A stretch of DNA of 63,679 bases, filler included, from Octopus bimaculoides (GCF_001194135.2; 6 parts of 5 records of this genome joined end to end with filler, not necessarily neighbours in it), one strand, 5' to 3'. Numbered from the whole stretch's first letter, positions 26,290 through 38,760 are shown. Program-made: numbers and translations. The notes: a model not told the origin generated them from the letters alone.

Positions 26290-26465
26290 AGGGTGGTGAG
26301 CTGGCAGAATAGTTAGCATACCGGGAAAAATTCTGAGTTCAAATTCCGCCGAGATCGACTTTGCCGTTCATCCTTTCAGGGTCGATAAAATAAGTACTAG
26401 TTAATGACTTGAACCCCAACCCCGTCCAACCCGAAATTGCTGATCTTGTGCCAAAATTTGAAACC
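26290..26465 (+). mobile_element. SINE family A (inverted relative to 26031-26216)
   Basis: ggtggtgagctggcagaatagttag...gagttcaaattcc...cctttcagggtcgataaaataagtac. Confidence 0.8.
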
Positions 26466-26999
26466 CATGTTAACATTCTGGACATGATGACATCCACATG
26501 GCTACATATGGTATCAGTATAGACATAGCTGGACATGATGATATAAATATAAACATAGATGGATATAATGATATCAGTGACATGGTGAAATATGATATCA
26601 GTGTCAACTAGATATGACAGTAATATCAACATGGTTGGACATAATATTATGAGCATGATTAAACATCGTCAACAGCATCGACAAATGCAGTGAAAACAAA
26701 AAATAAAAGAATATAGAAAAAGGTGAACAAAATTGTATCAGTTACTGAAGGAATCAAAAGAAATAAACAGATGCCTCATGGAGAGATCAACTCAATAATA
26801 AATTATATGACTGATCGGAAATGTCGATGAGAGACAAAATAGTTAGTTCCGTTGGAAAAGGAAGAAACTGAGAAATTATATTAGCATAAGATTTATTCTC
26901 AATATGAAATAAAACAAACAGAAATAGTGACGTAATACTACGTCTTCGTTTGTTTATTAGAAGTGAGTAAGAAACAAGGCCAGTGCGAGCAATCATTTG

Positions 27000-27290
27000 G
27001 CCAGTAGGCATTTATGGTTGTGAAGCATAAACTCTGGACATATTTGAAGAGAATACAATCAATGCATTTGAAATGTGGGTGTAGGTGAAAGTCAGCTTCT
27101 GAACATTGTGAAGAAACAAAATCTCATCTATTATGGCCATATTTGAAAAAACAGAGGTCTGGAAAACATTATCATGGAAGGGAGATTGGAGGGTAGTAGA
27201 TGAAGAGGCAGGCAAAGAATGAAATGGATGGACAATATCACCAGCTGGTTGGTCAAAAGTGGCAAGGCAGTTGGTGAACACGCGCTTAAT
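27000..27290 (+). mobile_element. Short RTE-type LINE remnant
   Basis: GCEA*TLDIFEENTINAFEMW and KWMDNIT resemble the RTE C-terminal YGCExWT...INAFEMW...WMDNI region. Confidence 0.6.
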
Positions 27291-29446
27291 TGGTCAAACT
27301 TTCGTTGTAGTGTCATTACTGCGCTGCAGATGTATGATACATGATGACAAATTACTGAGTGTCATTATTTTACACCTGTGTTGTTAAACACTTTGCTTTT
27401 CAATTTTGTGGCTCTTAGCTCGACCTCACTGCACAGCTATTTAATCAGTTATCATCTACCAAAATTTCTAACTGTACAAAGCCTTCTGAGATTTACTAGA
27501 CTGAAACTGTGTGGAAGCCCGTTGCATGTGTGTGTGTGCGCGCGCGTTTGTGTGCGCGTTTGTGTGCGTGTGTTAAAATGTATAGTTTTGTTTGAGTTTT
27601 GTTTTCTTCGTACGTCACTGAAGAAAATAACTATGAATATTTCACTCTCAAATACAATAGACTGCATTGAAAAGAAAAAGATGAAGGCAGAGAGACTGGA
27701 AGAACGAAGGGAAATGTAATAAACATAACGAGAGATCTGCTAAAACATTCGAACAATAAAACAGTAAGTTCTGCTGTAAACCTGTTTCAAATACTTGAAA
27801 CTACTTTTTTGAGGCGGGTAAGCTTACAAAAACTTTCAGTTGCTGTTTGTGAAGTAAATATATTTTACCACTTAAATAATTATTTGCATACAACAATTGA
27901 GAAATTTTTTAAAATCACGAAAACATTCCTTATCATAAAATTAATTCGCTAATATTTATCATTTACCACTTTGATTTTGTATGAGGAAATTTAGGCTTAT
28001 TAGTATTTTATACATTACATAAAAAAATTCTTTTGACATATATCGACTGCTACAAATATTACGTACAAACACATATTCGTACATACGAGAGATATGTGTT
28101 TACTTGCCCTACAAATAACTGCTAAGTCTCCTTCAAATCAGCTAGAAAGACATCATAAATGAAAACAGCTTTACCATGAAGTAAGACAAAAACACCAACG
28201 ACAACAGAAATTGTGAATCACTGGTCTATACGGTAACTTAACAGTTAGAAATAGCAGTCAAATATCTCCCAAATTATACTCTAACACACACAATGGTTCA
28301 CGATCTGCTGGTACACTGAAAATCAAAGTAAACATCTTTTTTAAAAACTGTTTGAAAGTTAAACAATTAGAAGAAAATATTCAACGGCTTTTTTTACTTT
28401 TATCTTTCACTCGAAAGGGATGGTAGTGTACATGACCCTTTCAGAGCGTTTAAGACTGGTGGGAGGGAGGGAAGGAGGGTATCCTCAAACTGGTAACCTG
28501 ACCCGAATGCCTGCAAAAGAGTGGACACCACCAAAGGCCCTCAAGGTGTCAGGTGGTGGTGTTAAACTGAGTGAGGGATTCAGTCTACTATCATGGGATT
28601 TGAACACAGAACACAAAGAACCGGAACAAATATCGCAAGCCATTCTGACTGATGTTCTTATAGTTCCACCAATGCACAGTCATGAATCGGTATTTTTTTT
28701 TTATCAATCCCGAAATAATGAAAGACAAATTTCACATCGGCGGGATTTGAACACGAAGCATATAGAATTAAAACGAATATTGCAAAGCATTTTATTCAAT
28801 GCCTCTAATAACCCAGCCAATAACATCATTATTATAAACAACACATTTTTCAAAACAGCCATTTGTGTGGATTTTCTGAAAACTCAAATTATCGTTTATT
28901 ATTTAAAGTTCGTATTGCTCTGTTAGTGAACCACAGATCTCCAGTGTTAAAAGAAGAAAATATACAATGGAAAAATGTCGTCCTTGATACACTGGTTCTC
29001 TGATTAGAAGACAGAGTGGTTACATCTGGGACATCTTTGATCAGAGTTTTGGGAGAATCAATATTAAACTAGCTCTAAACAACAATGACAACAACAACAG
29101 CAACTACTACTGCCAAATCCGCTCACAAGGCTTTGGTCGGCCCGAAGCTATGGGAGAAGACACTTGCCCAAGGGACTGAATCCGAAATCATGTGGTTGTG
29201 AAGCAAACGTTTTACCATACATCCACGTCTACGCTAATCGTCGACTTAATTCATCACAGCCCTTGACTGATGCTTATTTTATCGATCTAGATAAGGTAAA
29301 AGCAAAATCACATTCGATGGAATTTGAACTTAAAACGTAACAGATTTAAACATAAGAATTGAATTCAATATCCCTTTTTACTATACGCATGTAGTGACAA
29401 CTTATAGCAGACGACTGTTATATGTCCAATGTCCGGAGTTTTATCC

Positions 29447-29504
29447 ACGCATGCGCAGGGACTAGTTCCGGAAGGAATACAGGAAGAGTCTCATGCGCAT
29501 GCGT
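29447..29504. promoter_or_regulatory. Promoter-like cluster: two NRF1-type sites around a palindromic ETS site
   Basis: ACGCATGCGCA at 29447-29457, TTCCGGAA at 29466-29473 and TGCGCATGCGT at 29494-29504, in a locally CpG-rich unique region. Confidence 0.5.
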
Positions 29505-30650
29505 AGAGTTCGACACCCAGCTTTGGCGCCTTTTCTCAGGCTCTTCGTTGACTGATCTCCGTCGAGCCAAGACGTCCAACAGAGCTCTCTCACATGTCAG
29601 CACCAGAGCTTCACAAATAACCACGGAAATCATTCAGGAGGCGTCTCAGTAACCGAGGGCGACGAGCTACCGAATTCCCTCCAAGCGTGAACTGAATTCC
29701 ACTGTAAAATAAATATTGTTATGTTGTTCAGAATGTATGGAAGCGGTGTACACCTNNNNNNNNNNNNNNNNNNNNNNNNNNNNNNNNNNNNNNNNNNNNN
29801 NNNNNNNNNNNNNNNNNNNNNNNNNNNNNNNNNNNNNNNNNNNNNNNNNNNNNNNNNNNNNNNNNNNNNNNNNNNNNNNNNNNNNNNNNNNNNNNNNNNN
29901 NNNNNNNNNNNNNNNNNNNNNNNNNNNNNNNNNNNNNNNNNNNNNNNNNNNNNNNNNNNNNNNNNNNNNNNNNNNNNNNNNNTACACACTAATATATTGT
30001 CGCAATGCATTTTGTCGAGAGCTGCACCGATTTCATCGCTAGTCTTTTATCTGTAGCTGGAGCGATACAGACAATTGAAGGTTTCTTAAACAAAAGTTCC
30101 AAGAAAATTGCTCTGTTGTCCCTAAATCTACCGTTGCAGGAGAGAACACGTCTGACAACCACGGAGTTAATGTTGACACAAAAGCGATCAACATAATCGG
30201 ATCAACAAAATCAGGGAAAATTTATAAATTGTAAACAAGTCTCCCCCCCCTCTCTCTCTCTCTCTCTCTCCCTCTCTCTCGATCTATCTATCTATATATC
30301 TATCTATTTATCTATCTCGGTCTTTTTATATATATATTAAAAGTAATTAAGTTAATGTCCGGTCATAGAGTGACCAATGGTTTCTCATCGACAAAGACCT
30401 TGCTTTTTACGCTCCAGCAGACCAAGTGAGAAGGCTGAAACGGAAAGAGGAGATCCGTGGGTTCCATTGAAAATAAATACATTCATCCTACATTCTACTT
30501 GAGCTGAGTACTCATTTTGAACAACGGTCTACCGGTAACACTACACATACGTGTGCCCACACATTTGCGTGCACGCACACACATACACACACACGCACAC
30601 ACACACACACAAACACATATTTCTACATACCTACGCGCATGTGTGCATAG

Positions 30651-30691
<41 letters not shown>

Positions 30692-31045
30692 CTCATATAT
30701 ACATAGCCCGGGAAGAGTTCTCTCTTCTTTGTAAAGTACAGCGACCGTGGAATCGGCTTGTCCGGAGATACTAATATGGTGCCTGTAGAGCGCGGCGTCT
30801 CAGGCTGCGGGGAAAATAAATAAATAAATAAAAACAGTGCTCCAGCATGGCCGCAGTCAATTGGCTGAAACAAGTAAAAGAATAAAGTAAGAGTACGTGT
30901 GTGTATATGTATATATATACATGTGTGTGCGTGTGTATATATATANNNNNNNNNNNNNNNNNNNNNNNNNNNNNNNNNNNNNNNNNNNNTTAATTAATTA
31001 ANNNNNNNNNNNNNNNNNNNNNNNNNNNNNNNNNNNNNNNNNNNN

Positions 31046-31110
<65 letters not shown>

Positions 31111-31756
31111 AAACAAAAGAAAATGAGGTTAGAGAAATAACTCCTAGTAGCTTGTGGATTTATTTGAATAATATAGGCAAATACAGGTATATCAAATATC
31201 ATACAACATAAATTTTTGATTCATTAAACTTTTTCTCAGCCTGTAGAAGATGTGTAACAATTACCAAATGGCAATTGAGACCAGCTTCATATGACAAGGG
31301 GAGATAATCTTGAGAATAGAAGGTTTTCCTAAGTTGGCCACACAGAGTTATTTCTCTTAGCAGGTTTTTTTTTTTTTTTCCAATATACATATATGTAGGC
31401 CATAAATGGCTTCTACTCCTTTGGGTATTGGAAATATGCTAGGATGATTTTTGTGCTGATGAAGCTTATTGTGGCAGAAAACTGTGTCTACAACTGAATT
31501 CATACCCCAAGACAAAAAAACCAGTCCTTTTCCTTAAACAGCATGTCACCTTTGGAGAAATTTTTTTTATTCTTGAGATTTTGTTGCCCTCCTCAAGTGG
31601 AGCTGGTCATAATTGTTATTTGGTCATTATGTTTATGTTGTATGATATTTGATATATCTGTATTTGTCTATATAGATACATACATGTCTATCAGGGAATA
31701 GTTACTGAAGTACTTGAGTTTCATATTTTCATATTACCCCTTTATTTCTTTTTCAG

Positions 31757-31899
31757 ATTTTCATAGCAGCATTCTCTTTCACCAATGGTGATGGAGACCG
31801 ACTGTTGTATGGGTATGATAGTTTTGGTAATACATGTGGTAAGAAAAATATGCCAATTGTGAATGTTTCCAATTCTGGTCGTGACATGACTACCAAGAC
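31757..31899 (+). CDS. SLC44A1: Choline transporter-like protein (CTL1/SLC44A1 family), internal exon (phase 0 to 2)
   Basis: Acceptor tttcttttcag and donor AC|gtaagt. Translates IFIAAFSFTNGDGDRLLYGYDSFGNTCGKKNMPIVNVSNSGRDMTTK, matching the SLC44 GYDSxGNxCGxKN...NSGxD motif recalled from human CTL1. Paralogue assignment (A1 vs A3) is not certain. Confidence 0.9.
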
Positions 31900-32022
31900 G
31901 TAAGTAAATCAATCAACTTATTAATCTACTACTACTACTACTACTACTACTAGTTGTGTGCTTATGTACATATATATATATATATACACACGCACACACA
32001 CACACATATATAGATATATGTT

Positions 32023-32061
<39 letters not shown>

Positions 32062-32267
32062 TTATATATATCAATCAGAAAATGGAGGATAATATGCTGA
32101 ACCCAACAACTTGCAGACAGTGTATGCCGTTGAATTCATTAGCTTAATTTGTAACTAAAGTGACAAAAAAAACCACAAAGTACAAGTGTTTATGACAAAC
32201 CGTGTTATATTGACAACTAGGTTTACAAATAAAAGTACATAAGGAATTTGTGAATAAACATAAACTT

Positions 32268-32397
32268 AATCTTACAGCTGTTTCGGCCTAGCTTTGGCAT
32301 GCCCCATTCTATCCGAATAGTTCCTGCCGGAGTAATTATCGGATGAAATGCTGAAATGGGGGTCCATGCACGAATTCGCTAGGCCTCTTCAGAGATT
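32268..32397 (-). ncRNA. Type I hammerhead ribozyme (Penelope-like/retrozyme type) with extended helix II
   Basis: Minus strand reads aatct-CTGAAGA-ggcctagc...gctaggcc-GAAA-c-agct-g-TA-agatt. It has a complete catalytic core, 5-bp helix I, 8-bp base of helix II, palindromic helix III (ACAGCTGT) and a GUA cleavage triplet. Confidence 0.85.
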
Positions 32398-33341
32398 CAC
32401 AAAGAATTCCAAACAAATATACAGTAAGAGATAAAAACAAAAGTGAAATAGAAACAAAAACAAAAATTAAAATAAAAATAAAAATAAGGGTACAGCAAGA
32501 ATAAAATAAAAAATAAATAAATGAAAAATGAAAATATAACATATAGAAAATATAAAATTATAAAAATATAAGGCACATAAAAAGCCTACATGTACTGTTG
32601 TACATGAGGTCATACAAATAGCTATAGACACTCCAATATATATATATATATAAGTACTACACTCTCTGAGTGTTTGGCGTTAGGAAGAGCATCCAGCTGT
32701 AGAAACTCTGCCAAATTAGATTGGAGCCTGGTGTAGCCATCCGGTTGCACCAGTCCTCAGTCAAATCGTCCAACCCATGCTAGCATGGAAAGCGGACGTT
32801 AAACGATGATGATGATGATGATGATGATGATATATGTGTGTGTGTAACCATACTCAGACGCTCAATGGTTCAAGATCACATATATATATATGTGAGTACA
32901 CATGTGTGTCCGTATTCATCCATCCCCTCACACATGTGCATACATATACAAATATGTATGCACAGGCATTCTCTTACGTACGTGGTCCCCGGTATCAACG
33001 CTATCTACCGTGTTTCGAAGGTTGTATATGTTTTTTGTTTTTTTTTAATTTTGCTGAGTGTGTGCTTGTCAGTTCTGTATATTTTGGATGGGTTTATGTG
33101 GAAGTTCATTTCATATGAGTTATTAATATTCTAGTAGCAATAACAGTGATAATGATGATGATGATGATCATCATCATCATCGTTTAACGTCCGCTTTCCA
33201 TGCTAGCATGGGTTGGACGATTTGACTGAGGACTGGTGAAACCGGATGGCAACACCAGGCTCCAATCTAAATTTGGCAGAGTTTCTACAGCTGGATGCCC
33301 TTCCTAACGCCAACCACTCAGAGAATGATGATGATGTTAAT

Positions 33342-33374
<33 letters not shown>

Positions 33375-34383
33375 AATAATAATAATATGCCAAACTTTCT
33401 AACTTTGTGGTGTAGGATATCCTGTTACTTCTTCCAACGGGTAGATCGTTCTGCTGCTATTAGGGGAGGGTTAATTTCCACAGTTAATTCGTTCCATCTA
33501 ATTGGACAACTATTGTTTGAAACTATCTAGGCTTAGCTACGGTTGGATAGACACCAACCGGTCAAGAGGCTAGGGGCGCGCATGCATACGTACACCCACA
33601 CACACATACACACATGCATGCTATGTATATCTCCCCTTATCCATATACACGTGCACATATATGTACATACACATATACGTGCGCAAGCACACATCCCTTT
33701 ATTCTACTATACACTTATATAGAAGGAGTGTAAATATTAATACAATGGCTATAGGAGTTAATGAATAGACTTTTAAGAAGTCTATATGCACTTTTCCCTC
33801 TGAAACTATTAACAGTTAAAAAATTTTTTTTTTACCAAAAATGCTCTTCCCATGGTTTTGAAGTGCAAAAACCAAAAATTGGCCAAAATAGGTCTGGAGT
33901 GGGATGGTGAGTGAGGTGGGGTGTGTAAAAAAAAGAGTTTTCAAAACTTTTTTCATACAAAGATGTCTACCCTCTGCCAACCCCATTATTTTGAAGGTTG
34001 TGGCTTAAAAAAAAATGGAGAAAATCCCTGAAAAAATTTTCCCCACAAATTTCTTTATAATCGTAATCTATGTCGTTTGAAAGGATTTGTATAAATTTTC
34101 ATTAAAAGATACCCATCTTCCTGAAAGTTATGAGGGAAAAAAGTCAGATTGTGTGAATTTTCCGAAACTCCTCTCTCCACCCCCTCGCAAAAATTCTTTC
34201 CCATAAATCCCTATATACTCTAAAGTCACAACGTCTAAGCGGTATTTGTAGGAAATTTTGTTAAAAAGTATCCATTTTTCTGGATGTTATGAGGAAACAA
34301 ATTTGGGGGCGTATACAACTTTTATGCTTTTTTATTGATATGATTTTTTTGATTTCATGTTTATTTCATTCATTGTTTGTTAT

Positions 34384-34436
<53 letters not shown>

Positions 34437-34538
34437 NNNNNNNNNNNNNNNNNNNNNNNNNNNNNNNNNNNNNNNNNNNNNNNNNNNNNNNNNNNNNNNN
34501 NNNNNNNNNNNNNNNNNNNNNNNNNNNNNNNNNNNNNN

Positions 34539-34583
<45 letters not shown>

Positions 34584-35413
34584 AAGCTTAAAGAATGGGC
34601 TGCTGAATTGAAATCTCTGTTGCTTTGAGGGGAAGATAAAACTTGACAAACTGCTTCTCCCTCTGTTGTTGGACTACCTTGATGTTTGTTTAAAAAAGAG
34701 AGATTATCACTGTGATAAAATAATGAAAGCAATATTTACTAAGCAAGTGAGCACTATTATACGAAGAAATAATTAGACGTAAAATATAAAATTATTAGAA
34801 TTCGGAATCAAATGTGAAAATATTATCAAGAGGCTAACAGAAAACTGCCTGAAGGGCGGTCTTTCTGCTAATATATATGTGTATATTACATACTTTTGTT
34901 GTGTCTCAGGAGAGTAATTATGCTAAAAGTAATAACACATGCACAGGTTCAATTCCACTTCTTTATTGATAGTCAATTGGTTAAAAATTTAACAAACTTG
35001 CTAATCAATCACTTGTTTAATGTACTGGTTAAATAATCACTTGGTTGTTTGTTAGTCAAAGTTCTTTCATTCCTGTTTACAACCCTTTCAGTGATTTAGT
35101 GACTTTCCCTCCCACTCCAGGGTCAGTTCTGCATCTATCTGAGAACTGGTCTTATGTTTCTGTGTATGCATGCTTGTATGTGTGTGTAGATGTGTGTCTG
35201 CTTATTCTGATGCAAAACTGGGCATAACTTGTCAGTGTTGCCATTCGTGAATGCAGTTAATTAGCAATTAAGCTGTCAGAAACCCATAACTAGCAATACT
35301 CAGTTCACAAATATGGTATGATGCAAATAAAACAATAATTTTAAAAAACAACCACCCAAAAGACAGTTTAATTGTTGATTGATACCATTTTCTCCTTTCT
35401 TTTTTTCTCGCAG

Positions 35414-35626
35414 ACATGTTTTCTTCATGAATGTTGCAAATCCTGCTAAATCCCTTTCAATCTGTGTGGAGAAATGTCCAGATGTTTCCATGGATAATGT
35501 GGCAGAATATAAAAAGTTTGCTGAAAAAACTGATGTCCACCTTTGCAGTTATGATGTTGCTGTAGCTGATTACACCTCAAGCATGACTGGAAATAAGGGT
35601 CCATGCCCTGTTGTTGTATACAAAAG
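35414..35626 (+). CDS. SLC44A1: CTL1/SLC44A1-like exon (213 nt, phase 2 to 2)
   Basis: Acceptor ttttttctcgcag and donor AG|gttggt. Translates HVFFMNVANPAKSLSICVEKCPDVSMDNVAEYKKFAEKTDVHLCSYDVAVADYTSSMTGNKGPCPVVVYK, resembling CTL1 YVFF...LCVxxCP...KFAE...LCSY...CP. Confidence 0.9.
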
Positions 35627-35669
35627 GTTGGTTTACATAATTTGTGTAGTTTTACTTTTACTCTTTACT

Positions 35670-36645
35670 CTTTTTACTCTTTTACTTATTTCAGTCATTT
35701 GACTGCAGCCATGCTGGAGCACCGCCTTTAATCAAGCAAATCCACTCCAGGACTTATTCTTTGGAAGCCTAGTACTTATTCTATCGGTCTCTTTTGCCGA
35801 ACCACTAAGTTACGGGGACGTAAACACACCAGCATCGGTTGTCAAGCGATGCTGGGGGGGGGGACAAACACAGACACACAAGCATACACACACACACATA
35901 CATATATATATACATATATACGACGGGCTTCTTTCAGTTTCCATCTTCCAAATCCACTTACAAGGGTTTGGTCAGCCTGAGAGTATAGTAGAAGACACTT
36001 GCCCAAGGTGCCATGCAGTGGGACTGAACCCAGAACCATGTGGTTGGTAAGCAAGCTACTTACCACACAGCCATTCCTATGCCTATTTTCTTTTATTTTT
36101 TATCTTTTACTTGTTTCAGATTGCAGCCATGCTGGGGCATTGTCTTGAAGAATTTGTCTTTAGTTGAATGAACTAACCCCAGTACTTATTTTTGTTTCTC
36201 ATCCTGGTACTTACTCAATCAGTCTTTTTTGCTGAATCACTAAGTTTATGAGGACATAAAAGCACCAACACTGGTTGTCGCGTGATGGCAGGGGGACTAA
36301 CAGAGACACAAATACACAAACATACACCCTCACTCACACATATATATGATGGGCTTCTTTCAGTTTCTGTCTCCCAAATCCACTCACAAGGCTTTGGCCA
36401 ACCCAAGGTTACAGTAGAAGACACTTGCCCACGGTGTCATGCAGTGGGACTGAACCCAGAACCATGTTGGAAAGCAAGCTTCTTGCCACAGCATGTTTTT
36501 GTGGTTAAGAAGTTTGCTTCCTAACCACATGGTGTCAAGTTCAGTCCCACTGTGTGGTACCTTGAACAAGTGTCTTTTGCTATAACACTGGCTAAAGCTT
36601 TGTGAGTGAATTTGGTAGATGGAAACAGAAAGAAGTCCATCGGTT
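35670..36645. mobile_element. Cluster of CORE-like SINE family B: 35670-36086 (-), 36095-36490 (-), 36497-36645 (+)
   Basis: tRNA-like head tggctgtgtggtaag..ggttcagtcccac plus a MIR/CORE-like ccttgggcaagtgtctt block; internal (CA)n; AT-rich tail. Confidence 0.85.
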
Positions 36646-38287
36646 ATGTGTGTGTGTGTGAGTGTGTGTAAACATCATTGTAATGGTTGTAAATAAGCTT
36701 CACCATCATGTAAGTGATTGTGAAGATATGCCTGTCATAGAGACTGGCCTTCGTAGGGTTTTCGAGTGAGATCGTTGCCAGTGCCCCTGGACTGGCTCTT
36801 GTGTGGGTAGCACATAAAATACACCATTTTGAGCGTGGCCGTTGCCAGTACCGCCTGACTGGCCTTCGTAGGATTTTCAAGCGAGATCGTTGCCAGTGCC
36901 CCTGGACTGGCTCTTGTGTGGGTGACACGTAAAAGCACCCACTACACTCTCTGAGTGGTTGGCATTAGGAAGGGCATCCAGCTGTAGAAACTCTGCCAAA
37001 TCAGATTGGAGCCTGGTGTTGCCATCTGACTTCACCAGTCCTCAGTCAAATCGTCCAACCCATGCTAGCATGGAAAGCGGACGTTAAACGATGATGATGA
37101 TGATGATAGAGAAATATAATCTTGTTTGAAAAGCGGTGAAGATTATCAACAGGAAGAGCATCCTGCCATAAAATATCTGTTTTGACGAGTTCTTTCTGAC
37201 CCATGCAAGTATGGAAAACTGGATTTTAAACAATGATTATGAAAAAAAAAAAAAAAGCAGTGATGATGGTTGAAGTTGCATTCATACAGCAAAAGTTATA
37301 CTTTTTTTTACCTGTCCCACTATTTCTCTTACTGTGTCACACATGCCACTGTCTTAGATGCCCCACTATCACAAGTATCTTCCTGTTAGAGAAAATTTCA
37401 CTCTGCCAAATATACCATTGTTTCTTTCTATTTTAAGTAGTGTATTTACATCAAGTTGTCCCACTATTTCAAATGTTACACAGTGTCGAGTATCTCATTG
37501 TGTCAGATGTCCACCTACACCATGCTGTTTCATGTGTGTTATTATATCAATAACCTCCCCATAACCGATGACCTAATATGTCAAGCATCCCACAATGTAA
37601 AGTACCCCAGTGTATCAAGTATATACATCATCATCATCATCGTTTAACGTCCGCTTTCCATGCTAGCATGGGTTGGACAATTTGACTGAGGACTAGTGAA
37701 ACCGGATGGCTGCACTATGCTCCAATTTGATTTGGCAGAGTTTCTACAGCTGGATGCCCTTCCTAACGCCAACCACTCCAAGAGTGTAGTGGGTGCTTTT
37801 ACGTGTCACCCGCACGAAGGCCAGTCAGGCGGTACTGGCAACGGCCATGCTCAAAATGGTGTATATTATGTGCCACCCGCACAAATATTATATATTGAAA
37901 CAAATAAATCTTCCTATTTTGAGAAACTATATCAACTAATATTATCAAACCATTATGCAAAAGGTACAAAAATTAAATTTTACTACTTATAAATTTACAC
38001 TCATTTTCCTCTCAGTACGAACAACAACCACAAATATTTCTGTACCCATTACTTTAAATTTTAAGCACCATATTAAGTACCCTACTGTGCCAAGTAACCC
38101 ACCATATCAAGTACTCCACTGTATCACGTACCCCCACACCATTACAAGTTCCACTGTGATAAGTGTCCGAAAGTATTTCCTTACTGTCTGTTGTATGACT
38201 CTGCTGTCTCGAATGTCTATCCCAGCTTGTCCACCTTACAATTCCATTTTATTATTTCCTGTTACTTTCTTTTTCTTCTCCTTCCAG

Positions 38288-38454
38288 TATTTCTCTGTTA
38301 AACCGGTGTCTGCCATCTGGTCTGAAAGATATGCCCAAGAATGTTGTCAGCAAAATCATTGACTTTATGAATGAGTCGGACGTTTTTGAGAAAATTCTTG
38401 GAGACCTTTATCGCAGCTGGAAACAAATGTTGTTGTTGGGTTTAATTGCAGTCT
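38288..38454 (+). CDS. SLC44A1: CTL1/SLC44A1-like exon (167 nt, phase 2 to 1)
   Basis: Acceptor ttcttctccttccag and donor T|gtaagt. Translates ISLLNRCLPSGLKDMPKNVVSKIIDFMNESDVFEKILGDLYRSWKQMLLLGLIAV (RCxP ... GDLxxSW motif of SLC44). Phase joins both neighbours. Confidence 0.88.
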
Positions 38455-38534
38455 GTAAGTAGTAAAACTTGTATATATGTTCCTTTGCGAATTATTTTAA
38501 GCTTTCTTCTTTGCAGAATTCAAGTCAGTCACTT

Positions 38535-38583
38535 ACAAACTGATGAGGCTCTTTTGTTTAAGCCAAGACAGCTCTTATGTTTG
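38535..38583 (+). ncRNA. Decayed hammerhead motif on the sense strand of the CTL1 intron
   Basis: Reads acaaa-CTGATGA-ggct(cttttgttta)agcc-AAGAC-agct-CTT-atgtttgt. CUGAUGA, helix II and the agct palindrome are retained; GAAAC and GUH are mutated. Confidence 0.45.
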
Positions 38584-38760
38584 TGGTTGCCTCAAATGGT
38601 TAATGTATGCATGCAGGTATATGATGTGTGTGTGTGTGTGTGTGTGTGTGCATGTAGATAAACTTACACTCATGGATTTGGATGTTCCATTCGAACATAA
38701 GCATTTATATTTCATTATTGTTTATGTGTGATCATGTATATATGTTTATTTGACTGACAC

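Noticed and set aside
30005-30196. ORF MHFVESCTDFIASLL as the missing CTL1 RSCTD exon
   Set aside because: It lacks the preceding WxPL and the following hydrophobic LLF..GM helix, has no suitable phase-0 donor, and is separated from the other exons by a linker.
33222-33260. CTGAGGA-ctggt-GAAAC in family D repeats as a hammerhead
   Set aside because: Only 5 nt lie between the core halves (no helix II), there is no NUH triplet in register, and no helix I complement.
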